DNA of 63,964 nt, the filler included. It is 5 parts of 5 records of this genome, joined end to end, with 100 filler letters (N's around TTAATTAATTAA, not from the genome) between each part and the next. Parts side by side here need not be neighbours in the genome. Positions count along the whole stretch, not along the records: positions 52,575 to 58,706 come from DRR723986_4847; positions 58,807 to 63,964 come from DRR723986_5153; 3 more parts are not named here. The stretch is one strand, 5' to 3'. The translations under genes were made by a program, and so were the position numbers. Of this stretch, positions 55,184-63,964 are shown piece by piece (position 1 is the first letter of the stretch; every line of letters begins with the position of its first letter). The notes beneath the pieces are model-generated. The model did not search any database, had not been told where the DNA came from, and saw only the letters and a program-made list of their open reading frames with translations.

Positions 55184-56107
55184 TCATGGGGCGTAATCCA
55201 AGCGTTCGCAAAGGGCGACATATGCGCCCGAAGCTCTCTGTTTCTCGATCTCTTCCGGAACGGCGCGGCGCGGTCTCGCAGAGATGGTAGTGCTGCTGCG
55301 TCCACTGTCGCCGCTAATGCGGATGGCGCCGATCATGTCTATCGCCAAAGGCTCAAAAGGCAGGGCGAGGATATCGCAAATCCGTTCCAGTTGGCCCTGA
55401 GGATCTTCAACGAAATCCTCGTAACGCAGCCGCGCACAGGAGTCATGAAAATCCAGAAACTGCGTGGCGCGGAGGCTGTATTCTTCCAGCGTAAACGGCT
55501 TGAAATGAGTCCAGCCATTCGAGCTAAGCCCAAGGAAGCAATCCAGCGGATGACGGACGCTTATCAGAGACACCGTCGGAAACGCCTGTTTCAGGATTTC
55601 CAGAACGGTCGGTCGAGCGGACGCGTCGACATCCGTGAAGAACTGTGAATGAGAGTGATCCCTGAGGACCATTCTCATTCCACTCTTTTCCAGGCCGGTC
55701 ACGACGGCGTCGATGCTCGCGCGGAACGCTGCGATTCGAATGCTGTCTTCGATTTTTCGTGTGGCATGATTGAGCGCGTGAATCACGTCACTCGGGGCAA
55801 AACGGGGCTTCTCGCCCGGTTTCGCCACTTCCATTCGACTAAGCGGGTCAATTTCGCTTAGCAGGACGACATTGGGCAGAGCCGCAATGCATTTCGAGAT
55901 CATGGTGCCGCCAGAGCACGCAAGTTGATGGAAGCTGCGTATAGGTTCCGGCGGCTGGAACTCCGAGCTTAGGGCCAGGCATTCATCCAGTATACTTGGC
56001 AGGGGTTCAGAATCCGTGCCGACATCTTCTTGCCGGTAGTCTTCCAGCAATGCCAATGCTTCCTTCAACTCGTGCGACAGGGACTCCGCGATCTTGCTGG
56101 CAGTCAT
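55184..56107 (-). CDS. Sulfotransferase-like protein
   Basis: 5'-PSB-like HQLACSGGTMIS, 3'-PB-like SVRHPLD, LRYEDFVEDP. Confidence 0.72.
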   Translation of the reverse strand: MTASKIAESLSHELKEALALLEDYRQEDVGTDSEPLPSILDECLALSSEFQPPEPIRSFHQLACSGGTMISKCIAALPNVVLLSEIDPLSRMEVAKPGEKPRFAPSDVIHALNHATRKIEDSIRIAAFRASIDAVVTGLEKSGMRMVLRDHSHSQFFTDVDASARPTVLEILKQAFPTVSLISVRHPLDCFLGLSSNGWTHFKPFTLEEYSLRATQFLDFHDSCARLRYEDFVEDPQGQLERICDILALPFEPLAIDMIGAIRISGDSGRSSTTISARPRRAVPEEIEKQRASGAYVALCERLDYAP

Positions 56108-56109
56108 GC

Positions 56110-57837
56110 TTACTGCACCTTCTTGGATCGGGACGTGCTCCGCCGACGAGGAGTCGACGTTTTTCTAGGGGACTTCGCTGGCTCTTCTTCTTCCTCCAAA
56201 ACGGGTGTCTCATGTGTTGGGGAAGCGTTCACCAGATGCAGGTGCTCGGCAGCAAGCGCCAGTTTTGGCGTCAACTTGCGCAACAACTCTTCTTGTCGGC
56301 GTCGCTGAGTTTCACTGGCTTCAAACCGAGAGCGGAGATTATCAAGATCAACCTGCATCATTGCATTGACGCGCACCTGAAAGGCCTGATCGGCCGAAAA
56401 CTGCTCTACACGTTGTTCCGCCGCTTTAAGCGCGGCCTCAACCTCTGACCGCTTGTACTCAAGCGCCTGGATCTGCTCGTTGCTGGCCACCAGCATGGTA
56501 TCGCGGCTCGCAACTGACTGTTCAAGCGCTGCAATGGAAGCGTTGGCTTCCGTCAGCTTGCCAGTAATGTCTTCCGTAGTTTTGACCTGGTCGTTCCGTG
56601 CGGTTTCGCTGCCGCTCAATTCCTCCCTAAGGGCCGCAAGCTCCACCTCTTTCTCTGCGAGGATATGTTCCTTTTCAGCAAGCTGAGCGTCCCGCTCGTT
56701 CGTTGCAAGGTTCGCCTTCTCAAGCGCCTTTCCACGCTCTTCCATCATCGCCCGCGCTTCCGCCAACTCGGCCTCTCGTGCATCCCGGATGTGCGATGTC
56801 TCCTGAAGTGCCCGGTCAGCATCAGCCAATCTGGCACCCAGAGTCTCGATCTCCTGATCTTTCAAACTCACGGTCTGAACCAACTCGGTGAGTTTTGTTT
56901 CCTTGTCCTTCAGAGTTTCTTCCAAATTTTTCAGGGCAGTGGCGCCATTTTCGAAATCGCCCCTTATGCCGTCAATCTGCTTTCTGAGCTCTATCAATTC
57001 CTGATCCCGGTCAGAAATCACTTTCTGAGAACTCTCAATCTCAGCAGACATGCCTCTCAATTGATCTTGAAGGGTCGCCTTTTCCTCACTGGCGCGCTCA
57101 AGCACACCCTGTGTCTCTGTGAGTGTCCGGGTGATGTCATCAATTCGGGCGGCTCTTTTCGAAAGTTCGTCGTTCAGCGCCACTAGGTCTGACTCCAGGT
57201 TTTCCACCAAACGCGCGCGCGGGTCGGCAAAATACGTCAATACCGGCCAGTCAGGGTCATCCGATGCCATTGCCCCGAAATAAAAGCCACGCTGGACCAA
57301 TTCTTCTGTCATTGCCTGACTATCTATTGAGTTCTCAAAGAATGCTTCGACTCCGCAACGAACTCGAACTTCCGTCGAGTTTTCAAGAAGCCCCGCACCA
57401 CCAAGTGCGTCGAGGATTTGCACTTCAGATCCCGGAAGGTCGATGACACATACCAGCCTATCTGGCAGTTCTCCGAGCTCAGACGACAAATCGACAGAAG
57501 ACATCAGGTCGACGGGTCGCCTGTTCCGCTCCTTAAGGCCGGGATACAGCGATTTGAGAGCGTCAGTCGGACTGTTCAAACTGACAAGGCCAGGAAGGGA
57601 ATACGCGATGGCTTCAGCCTGGCCGGTTGTCGCAGCAGGCAAAGACCGGATGTGAGTCACTGCACCACCAAGCAGGAATTCGGGCAAATTACCCAAGGCG
57701 CCCTCATCGGGGTCGAGAAGGATGACTTTCGACAGCGGCCCGATCGAGTCAGTGAGGCCGGCCAGACCTTCGGCCCTGCCGCCACACGAGACGATGAGCA
57801 GAGTTCTCATTTCATTGGAGTTCGCACGCCCCGTCAT
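56110..57837 (-). CDS. Degenerate FkbM-like methyltransferase domain fused to a long coiled coil
   Basis: N-terminal about 200 aa alpha/beta region (VIDLPGSEVQIL resembles the FkbM KIDVEGAE motif), then about 330 aa of heptad-rich sequence and a basic tail. Confidence 0.65.
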   Translation of the reverse strand: MTGRANSNEMRTLLIVSCGGRAEGLAGLTDSIGPLSKVILLDPDEGALGNLPEFLLGGAVTHIRSLPAATTGQAEAIAYSLPGLVSLNSPTDALKSLYPGLKERNRRPVDLMSSVDLSSELGELPDRLVCVIDLPGSEVQILDALGGAGLLENSTEVRVRCGVEAFFENSIDSQAMTEELVQRGFYFGAMASDDPDWPVLTYFADPRARLVENLESDLVALNDELSKRAARIDDITRTLTETQGVLERASEEKATLQDQLRGMSAEIESSQKVISDRDQELIELRKQIDGIRGDFENGATALKNLEETLKDKETKLTELVQTVSLKDQEIETLGARLADADRALQETSHIRDAREAELAEARAMMEERGKALEKANLATNERDAQLAEKEHILAEKEVELAALREELSGSETARNDQVKTTEDITGKLTEANASIAALEQSVASRDTMLVASNEQIQALEYKRSEVEAALKAAEQRVEQFSADQAFQVRVNAMMQVDLDNLRSRFEASETQRRRQEELLRKLTPKLALAAEHLHLVNASPTHETPVLEEEEEPAKSPRKTSTPRRRSTSRSKKVQ

Positions 57838-57979
57838 GTACCCACCCTATCCAATCCTGCGTCTTTCGCCATCACATTACAAAGATGCTCTGGATTTCAG
57901 CCTTCTATGTCGTTTGCGGGCCTGCACGAAAGCGCACCCCGCACCAATGTTTGAAGGTGTCAGTGCCCCTGCGCAACCT

Positions 57980-58706
57980 TCATCGGCGAACGTTGCCCTG
58001 ATTGTCGAGGAACCATTGATAGGTTTCGGAAACCCCCGCTTCCAGATCGATCCGAGCGCGCCAGCCCATGCCTGCCAAGCGGGAAACATCCATCAATTTC
58101 CGCATGGTCCCATCGGGTTTGCTGATGTCATGTGAAATCCGGCCCTGATATCCGGTCACACGCGCAATCATCTTCGCAAGATCACCAATAGATATATCCG
58201 TCCCACTGCCCACATTGATGTGGCTGAGCATCGGCTCGGTATTCGCGTCGTAAATCGCTTTGTCGAGGTCGAGAACATAAAGGCTTGCCTCGGCCATATC
58301 ATCGACATGCAGGAACTCTCGCATTGGTTTACCGGTTCCCCAGATCACCACCTCGTCACATCCATCCTGGACCGCTTCATGGAACCGGCGGATCAATGCC
58401 GGAAGGACATGGGAGTTCTCTGGATGAAAGTTGTCACCAGGGCCGTACAGGTTTGTCGGCATAACCGAACGGTAGTCGGTTCCGTGTTGGCGATTGTAGC
58501 TTTCGCACAGCTTGATTCCGGCAATCTTGGCGATTGCGTATGGCTCGTTTGTGGGTTCAAGCGTTCCGGTCAGCAATGCGTCCTCACGCATCGGCTGAGC
58601 TATTCCCTTCGGGTAGATGCATGACGACCCAAGCTGCAGAAGACGCTTTACCCCAGCATCGAAAGCCTGGTGGATAACGTTGCATTCGATCATCAGGTTT
58701 TCGTAG
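57980..58706 (-). CDS. fcl: GDP-L-fucose synthase, 5'-truncated
   Basis: [75 protein letters not shown]. Confidence 0.96.
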
Positions 58707-58806
58707 NNNNNNNNNNNNNNNNNNNNNNNNNNNNNNNNNNNNNNNNNNNNTTAATTAATTAANNNNNNNNNNNNNNNNNNNNNNNNNNNNNNNNNNNNNN
58801 NNNNNN
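58707..58806. other. Artificial contig-joining spacer
   Basis: N44-TTAATTAATTAA-N44. Confidence 0.98.
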
Positions 58807-59798
58807 ACAGCTTGCTCACCGGCGCTGGTGCCTCGCGTGCCAATGCCATGTTCCGTGTTATGGATCCTGATACTCAGCAAATGATGGCAGTGCGTGCGGA
58901 CATGACGGTGCAAATTTCTCGCCTCGCCTCTACTCGCCTTGCAGATGCGCCGCGCCCCTTAAGGTTGTGCTATTCTGGCAATGTTTTAAGAACCAAAGGC
59001 AGCCAACTGCGCCCATCACGGCAATTTGTGCAGGCTGGTATTGAGCTCATTGGATCAACCAGCCTTGAGGCTGAATTTGAAATTATTAAAATCGCCGTCG
59101 AATCATTGGCCGAAACCGGTATTCAATCGTTGTCACTTGATCTGACTGTTGCGCCGCTTGTGCAGTATTTGTGCGACAGCCATAAAGTTTCCGGTGGCGA
59201 TAGGGCGTTGGTTGTCGAGGCCTTGAATGCTAAAGACAGCGGGGCGCTTAGCAAGATTAGGTCGGTAAACCACTCTGATTTTGAGCAGTTACTGACAGCG
59301 GCAGGCCCAGCAGGCACAGCGCTAGCAGTGTTGCGCGATCTGAAGCTTTCTGGCATTGGCGGCCAACTTGTTGCGCGCCTTGGCCGGTTAGTTGATATGC
59401 TGGAAAGTCAGCTCCCGATGTTGTCCGTAACAATAGACCCCTGCGAAAGCAAAGGCTTCGAGTATAAAAGCGGCATTGGCTTTGGCATATTTGCCAAAGG
59501 TAGCCAGAGCGAGTTAGGGCGCGGTGGGCGATATTTGGTTGAGCACCCCGATGGGCACAGCGAAGAAGCAACAGGTTTTTCTGTCTATCTTGATAGCCTG
59601 CAGGATGCATTGCCAATGCCTGAAAAACCGGAAAAACTATTTTTACCAATGGGAACAAGCAACAAAGAAGCAGCAGACCTTCGAAGAAGTGGTTGGCGCA
59701 CGATTCAAGGCTTGACAGAAGGAGCTGATGCTTCCAAAGAAGCGCTTCGACTTGGTTGCAGTCACATGCTGCTAGACGGGGTGGTTACGCCCGCTTGA
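58807..59798 (+). CDS. hisZ: ATP phosphoribosyltransferase regulatory subunit, 5'-truncated
   Basis: RADMTVQISR, RPLRLCYSGNV, RQFVQAGIELIG, GRGGRY, ATGFS; directly upstream of purA. Confidence 0.92.
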
Positions 59799-59836
59799 TT
59801 TTGACTTTGCAAGACATCCGGATAAGGGGATAAATT

Positions 59837-61129
59837 ATGGGCAATGTTGTTGTTGTTGGCTCACAGTGGGGCGACGAAGGCAAAGGTAAAATTGTCGATT
59901 GGTTATCTGAACGTGCGGATGTTGTTGTACGGTTCCAAGGTGGTCATAACGCTGGGCATACATTGGTTATTGATGGCAAAGTTTATAAGCTGTCTTTGCT
60001 GCCCTCTGGCATTGTTCGCGGCGGTAAAACCAGCATCATTGGTAACGGCGTAGTAGTTGACCCATGGGCGTTGCTCACCGAAATGGATGCCCTGCGCAGC
60101 CAAGGCGTGGACATCAATCCAAAAAGCTTACAAATCGCAGCAAATGCAACCCTTATTATGCCCTATCACCGTGAGCTTGATGCATTGCGCGAAGATGCAA
60201 CCAAAGGCGTAAAAATTGGCACAACCCGACGCGGTATTGGCCCGGCTTATGAAGATAAAGTGGGCCGCCGCGCTTTGCGGGTGTGTGACTTACAATCGCG
60301 TGAAATTGTTGAAAGCCGACTGGCAGTTGCACTTACACACCATAATGCGCTGAGAAAAGGGCTGGGGCACGAAGAAATTGACGCAACGGAAATTGCTGAT
60401 CAATTAATGGAAATGGCAGAGAAAATTCTGCCCTATGTCAGCAATGTATGGCGCACGCTTGAAGATGCAAAACTAACTGGAAAGCGTATATTGTTTGAAG
60501 GCGCGCAGGGCACGTTGCTAGATATTGACCATGGCACATACCCCTTTGTTACCTCGTCTAACACCATTGCTGGCCAAGCCGCTGGTGGTTCGGGCATGGG
60601 ACCTCGCAGCCTTGATTACGTCCTTGGTATTACCAAGGCATATACAACTCGTGTTGGTTCTGGACCATTCCCAACTGAGCAAGATAACGATGTTGGTCAG
60701 TATCTCGGCGAGAAAGGCCATGAGTTTGGTACAGTTACTGGCCGTTCCCGTCGGTGTGGTTGGTTTGACGCTGTTTTGGTTCGCCAAAGCCTTACTGTTG
60801 GCGGGGTTGACGGTATTGCATTGACGAAACTTGATGTACTTGATGGCCTCAAAGAAATTAAGGTTTGCGTTGGCTACAAACATAAAGGTGAGGTGGTGGA
60901 CTATCTGCCATACGGCATGGAAGACCAAGCAGCCGTTGAGGCTGTCTATGAAACCCTTGAAGGGTGGTCAGATACCACTTTCGGTGCCAGGAGCTGGGCA
61001 GACCTGCCTGCCACTGCGGTTAAGTATATCCGCCGTATTGAAGAGCTTATCGGTGTTCCGGTTGCGCTTCTATCAACCAGTCCAGAGCGTGATGATACTA
61101 TTTTGGTGCGCGACCCGTTTCTTGATTAA
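59837..61129 (+). CDS. purA: Adenylosuccinate synthetase
   Basis: [65 protein letters not shown]. Confidence 0.98.
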   Translation: MGNVVVVGSQWGDEGKGKIVDWLSERADVVVRFQGGHNAGHTLVIDGKVYKLSLLPSGIVRGGKTSIIGNGVVVDPWALLTEMDALRSQGVDINPKSLQIAANATLIMPYHRELDALREDATKGVKIGTTRRGIGPAYEDKVGRRALRVCDLQSREIVESRLAVALTHHNALRKGLGHEEIDATEIADQLMEMAEKILPYVSNVWRTLEDAKLTGKRILFEGAQGTLLDIDHGTYPFVTSSNTIAGQAAGGSGMGPRSLDYVLGITKAYTTRVGSGPFPTEQDNDVGQYLGEKGHEFGTVTGRSRRCGWFDAVLVRQSLTVGGVDGIALTKLDVLDGLKEIKVCVGYKHKGEVVDYLPYGMEDQAAVEAVYETLEGWSDTTFGARSWADLPATAVKYIRRIEELIGVPVALLSTSPERDDTILVRDPFLD

Positions 61130-61307
61130 CAAGCCGTTTAACTTTCTTCACTACGTTTTCTTTACGTTAATATTTTGTGTGTAGCATGCAGTTTGTATCG
61201 CTCAAGTTTTAGGCGATTTTGAACGGATTTTGATGTTGCTGCGTCAAAATATGAACCCTGCCAACTGTTTTGACGGTTGCAGGGCGATGCACGGTGTAAG
61301 GGGAAAA

Positions 61308-63335
61308 GTGGTGAGCGGCGAAAAGGCGCCAGTGCCTGATAGTCAAAGCGCCTTCGGCGATCGGTATGACGTAATAATGTCGTCACCATTGCCGGAGTTC
61401 AGCACCTATGGTGGCGATGCTTTTGCAGTTAAACACCGTGAGAAGTCAGGCGGAGATTGTTATGCGCTTGTGCATCACCCGGCTGTGCCAGTGCGTAACG
61501 AAATATACAAAAGCTTGCAGGCAAAACCGATTGCCAGTCTTGTATGCCCGCTAGAGCGCGGCCTGATGAATTTGACCATTGATGGCCGCAAGTTACAGCG
61601 GTTGGTTACAATTTTTGGCCGGCCAACCGGCGGTGCTTTAATGGGGCCGGACGGTAAGCTTAACCCCCGAGTTAATGCAAACCGGCTACGCCAAAATGTT
61701 GCGCTTTCCATTCTCAAAGCCATTACATCTTTGCATAAACGTGGTTTTAACCATCGTTCAATTATGCCCACAAATATATATTTCAGTACACCAAACAGTG
61801 ATGATGTGGTGCTGGGTGAATGCTATAGCGCACCACCTGGCTATATGCAGCCATTTGCCATGGAAACGCTGGACCTTGCCTTAGCCGACGGTACGGCGCG
61901 CGGTGCAGGCACTGTCGATTCCGATTACTACCAAATGGGTGCCGCTCTGCAGGCTCTATATTTTGGTGAAATGATATGGCAGGGCAGGGACCGCGACAGC
62001 TTGCTTATGGCGCGGGTTAACCAAGCGTCTTTTTGGGCGCTAGGTGGGGGCCGAGAAATCCCGGGTGCTTTGGGTAGCCTAATTAGAGGCCTGTCTGCTG
62101 ATGAATCGGCAGAAAGATGGGGCGCTGAAGATGTTCTCGACTGGTTTGAAGGGGTGGGGAAACCCAAGCGAACAACTATGCGTGCTTGGTCGATGAATCG
62201 GCCCACCACTTTTAAGGGTGTTGCTGTGGTTGATCGCAGGTTGCTAGCCAATGCTTTTGCGAGCGATCCCGCCGAAGCCGCCAGTTTTTTAAAGTCTATT
62301 GATTTTCCGTCATGGGTGCAAATGTCATTCCGTGATGAGGTTTTGACCGAACGGCTCGAGTCCCTGTTGAATGTGACACCTGGCAGTGGTTTTGGCGGCA
62401 TGCGTGCGGACGACTATAAAATGGTGGCGCGTGTTTGTATGTTTTTGCACCCAACCGGGCCTTTACATTACAAAGGCAAGTCTTTGTTTTTAGATGGCAT
62501 TCCTTCCATGGTGGCTGAAGCTTTTTCCAGAGATGACCGGGAAACTTTATCAGCTATTGTTGATATGCTTGATGGTAAATTTTTGCAGACCATTACTGAT
62601 ATTTGTGAAATTCAGGGCGTTAAATTTGGTAAACAGGTTGGTGAACTGCGGCGCATTATGGCACATGCCACCAGCAAGCAATTGGGCAAGGGTATGGAGC
62701 GCGTTCTATACGAGCTGAACCCAATTCTGCCCTGTGTGTCTTTGCGTTTTTCTAATGTTTGGATTGGGTCAATCCTTCAGCTTATGCGAGCTTTGGAGAG
62801 AATTGCTTCAAACAATAATGCGCGTAATATATTGCTGGACAGGCATTTGGCGGCCTTTTGCGCAACACATGGTGTTGACCTTGAGCGAGAGTTTAACAAT
62901 TTGGCCGCAGCACAGCATAACCCGGCTAAATTTAATAGTTTGTCTCTAAATTTTTTCGGGCTGCTACAAGAGCGCTGTAAAATGGAAGCTTTGCCACATT
63001 TGACAGCTAAGCTTGTTGATGGACTAACACCGGCTGTGAAAGGCTTGAAAAACAAAAAGAGGCGCGAAGCAGTGCAAGCGGCGCTGGACAAAAGCAAAAA
63101 GGGCGGTGACATCGGGCGGTTATGTACTGAAGTGAATATGATTAAAGTTCAGGCCGAAGATGCGCGCGAGTTCTCGCAGGCTAGAACTTTGATTAGTCGC
63201 CTTGAGCGCGAACGCAAGAAGCTTACTAAAAAAGTATTGCCAAATGACCCTGATGCATTGGCGACAGGGTTAAAAGGCGTTCGCTTTGTTTCCCTGTTTG
63301 GACTTGCAACCGTTTCATTTTTAACCTTTTTCTAA
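61308..63335 (+). CDS. Protein kinase-like (probable pseudokinase) protein with C-terminal membrane anchor
   Basis: LHKRGFNHRSIMPTNIYF (catalytic loop-like), VVLGEC (DFG position), SDYYQMG (alphaF); hydrophobic C-terminus. Start set at GTG 61308 behind AAGGGG. Confidence 0.75.
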   Translation: MVSGEKAPVPDSQSAFGDRYDVIMSSPLPEFSTYGGDAFAVKHREKSGGDCYALVHHPAVPVRNEIYKSLQAKPIASLVCPLERGLMNLTIDGRKLQRLVTIFGRPTGGALMGPDGKLNPRVNANRLRQNVALSILKAITSLHKRGFNHRSIMPTNIYFSTPNSDDVVLGECYSAPPGYMQPFAMETLDLALADGTARGAGTVDSDYYQMGAALQALYFGEMIWQGRDRDSLLMARVNQASFWALGGGREIPGALGSLIRGLSADESAERWGAEDVLDWFEGVGKPKRTTMRAWSMNRPTTFKGVAVVDRRLLANAFASDPAEAASFLKSIDFPSWVQMSFRDEVLTERLESLLNVTPGSGFGGMRADDYKMVARVCMFLHPTGPLHYKGKSLFLDGIPSMVAEAFSRDDRETLSAIVDMLDGKFLQTITDICEIQGVKFGKQVGELRRIMAHATSKQLGKGMERVLYELNPILPCVSLRFSNVWIGSILQLMRALERIASNNNARNILLDRHLAAFCATHGVDLEREFNNLAAAQHNPAKFNSLSLNFFGLLQERCKMEALPHLTAKLVDGLTPAVKGLKNKKRREAVQAALDKSKKGGDIGRLCTEVNMIKVQAEDAREFSQARTLISRLERERKKLTKKVLPNDPDALATGLKGVRFVSLFGLATVSFLTFF

Positions 63336-63358
63336 GACAGTCGGCACTAAGAAAGACA

Positions 63359-63871
63359 ATGGCAAAAAAACAAAGAAAACCAGTTATTCGGCGCAGGCGT
63401 GCCCCCCGGCGAGAAATATCAGCTTTTGGGCCATTGCTGGTCTTTGGATTAATGGTTACGGCATTGATAAATTATCATGCAGCCATTGTTGCTGCCATCG
63501 GCCTTGTGCCGACTATTGTGCTGGGGTTTACTGGGCGCGGCAAATATAAGTCTCAGCGATTACAATGTGTTGGCTTTGCAAATTTGGCCGGTGTATTACC
63601 GTTTATGCCATTAGTTTTTGCCCGCAACGACTCTCAAGTGGTGATTGCTGATATCTTTAATATTGTTGCCATGTTTGGCTCAGCCGCCATTGGGTATGCA
63701 TTGATTTACGTTGGGCCAATGGTTGCCTCGTATATATTGCAAAGCTTAAATCAGGACCGAATAAAGAAAATTGGTCAACAGAGGCAAGCCCTTATGGACA
63801 TGTGGGGCCACGAAGTGTTGGGTGACAAAGACGAAGAAGTCGGCGTAAAGCCACCCCTGCGTAGTCAATAG
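63359..63871 (+). CDS. Hypothetical integral membrane protein (170 aa)
   Basis: Basic N-terminus and about four hydrophobic helices; 23 nt downstream of the kinase-like gene on the same strand. Confidence 0.8.
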   Translation: MAKKQRKPVIRRRRAPRREISAFGPLLVFGLMVTALINYHAAIVAAIGLVPTIVLGFTGRGKYKSQRLQCVGFANLAGVLPFMPLVFARNDSQVVIADIFNIVAMFGSAAIGYALIYVGPMVASYILQSLNQDRIKKIGQQRQALMDMWGHEVLGDKDEEVGVKPPLRSQ

Positions 63872-63964
63872 TAACCCCGAAGGTTTACCTCAGGGTTATC
63901 TACTTTTGTATTGGTAGTTTCTTGCTTTGCTTAATTGGCAGACGCCAAGCGCATGTGCTTCTGA

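Noticed and set aside
61126-61170. CtrA-like TTAA-N7-TTAA sites upstream of the pseudokinase
   Set aside because: Only half-site or mis-spaced matches in AT-rich DNA; not distinguishable from chance by eye.
63872-63898. Imperfect hairpin after the last gene
   Set aside because: Mismatched, bulged stem with no adjacent clean U-tract; too weak to call a terminator.

Overview
This window is not one locus. It is five assembly fragments joined by four identical artificial 100-nt spacers (N44-TTAATTAATTAA-N44 at 5550-5649, 35246-35345, 52475-52574, 58707-58806), and gene content and base composition suggest different organisms. (1) 1-5549: alphaproteobacterial, Rhodobacteraceae-like reductive pyrimidine catabolism cluster (hydA, small lipoprotein, beta-ureidopropionase, RutR-type regulator with a perfect RutR box, PLP aminotransferase, preA), with an array of four TTCGAA-centred palindromes. 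(2) 5650-35245: high-GC gammaproteobacterial core region (frmA, purU, mutS-fdxA, rpoS-nlpD-pcm-truD-ispF-ispD-ftsB-eno-kdsA-pyrG-tilS-accA, oadGAB, dusC, POT transporter). It contains an unusually large stand-alone class I glutamine amidotransferase-like gene preceded by a sigma54 promoter and tandem NtrC-like sites. (3) 35346-52474: Rhodobacteraceae-like benzoyl-CoA epoxide (box) cluster with two aromatic acid-CoA ligases, a TRAP transporter and TGCA-N6-TGCA operator-like boxes, then an hpcD-like isomerase with an aromatic amino acid decarboxylase, DUF3095, MFS and asd. (4) 52575-58706: surface glycan locus (fcl, two long coiled-coil proteins, sulfotransferase-like protein, GT10 fucosyltransferase-like protein). 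(5) 58807-63964: lower-GC alphaproteobacterial hisZ-purA followed by a membrane-anchored pseudokinase and a small membrane protein. Best candidates for undescribed biology: the nitrogen-regulated amidotransferase next to the C1 genes, the fucosyl/sulfo glycan locus with possible coiled-coil rulers, the pseudokinase pair and the palindrome array. No CRISPR array, tRNA/rRNA or mobile element was recognised. All assignments come from motif recognition by eye; no searches were run.
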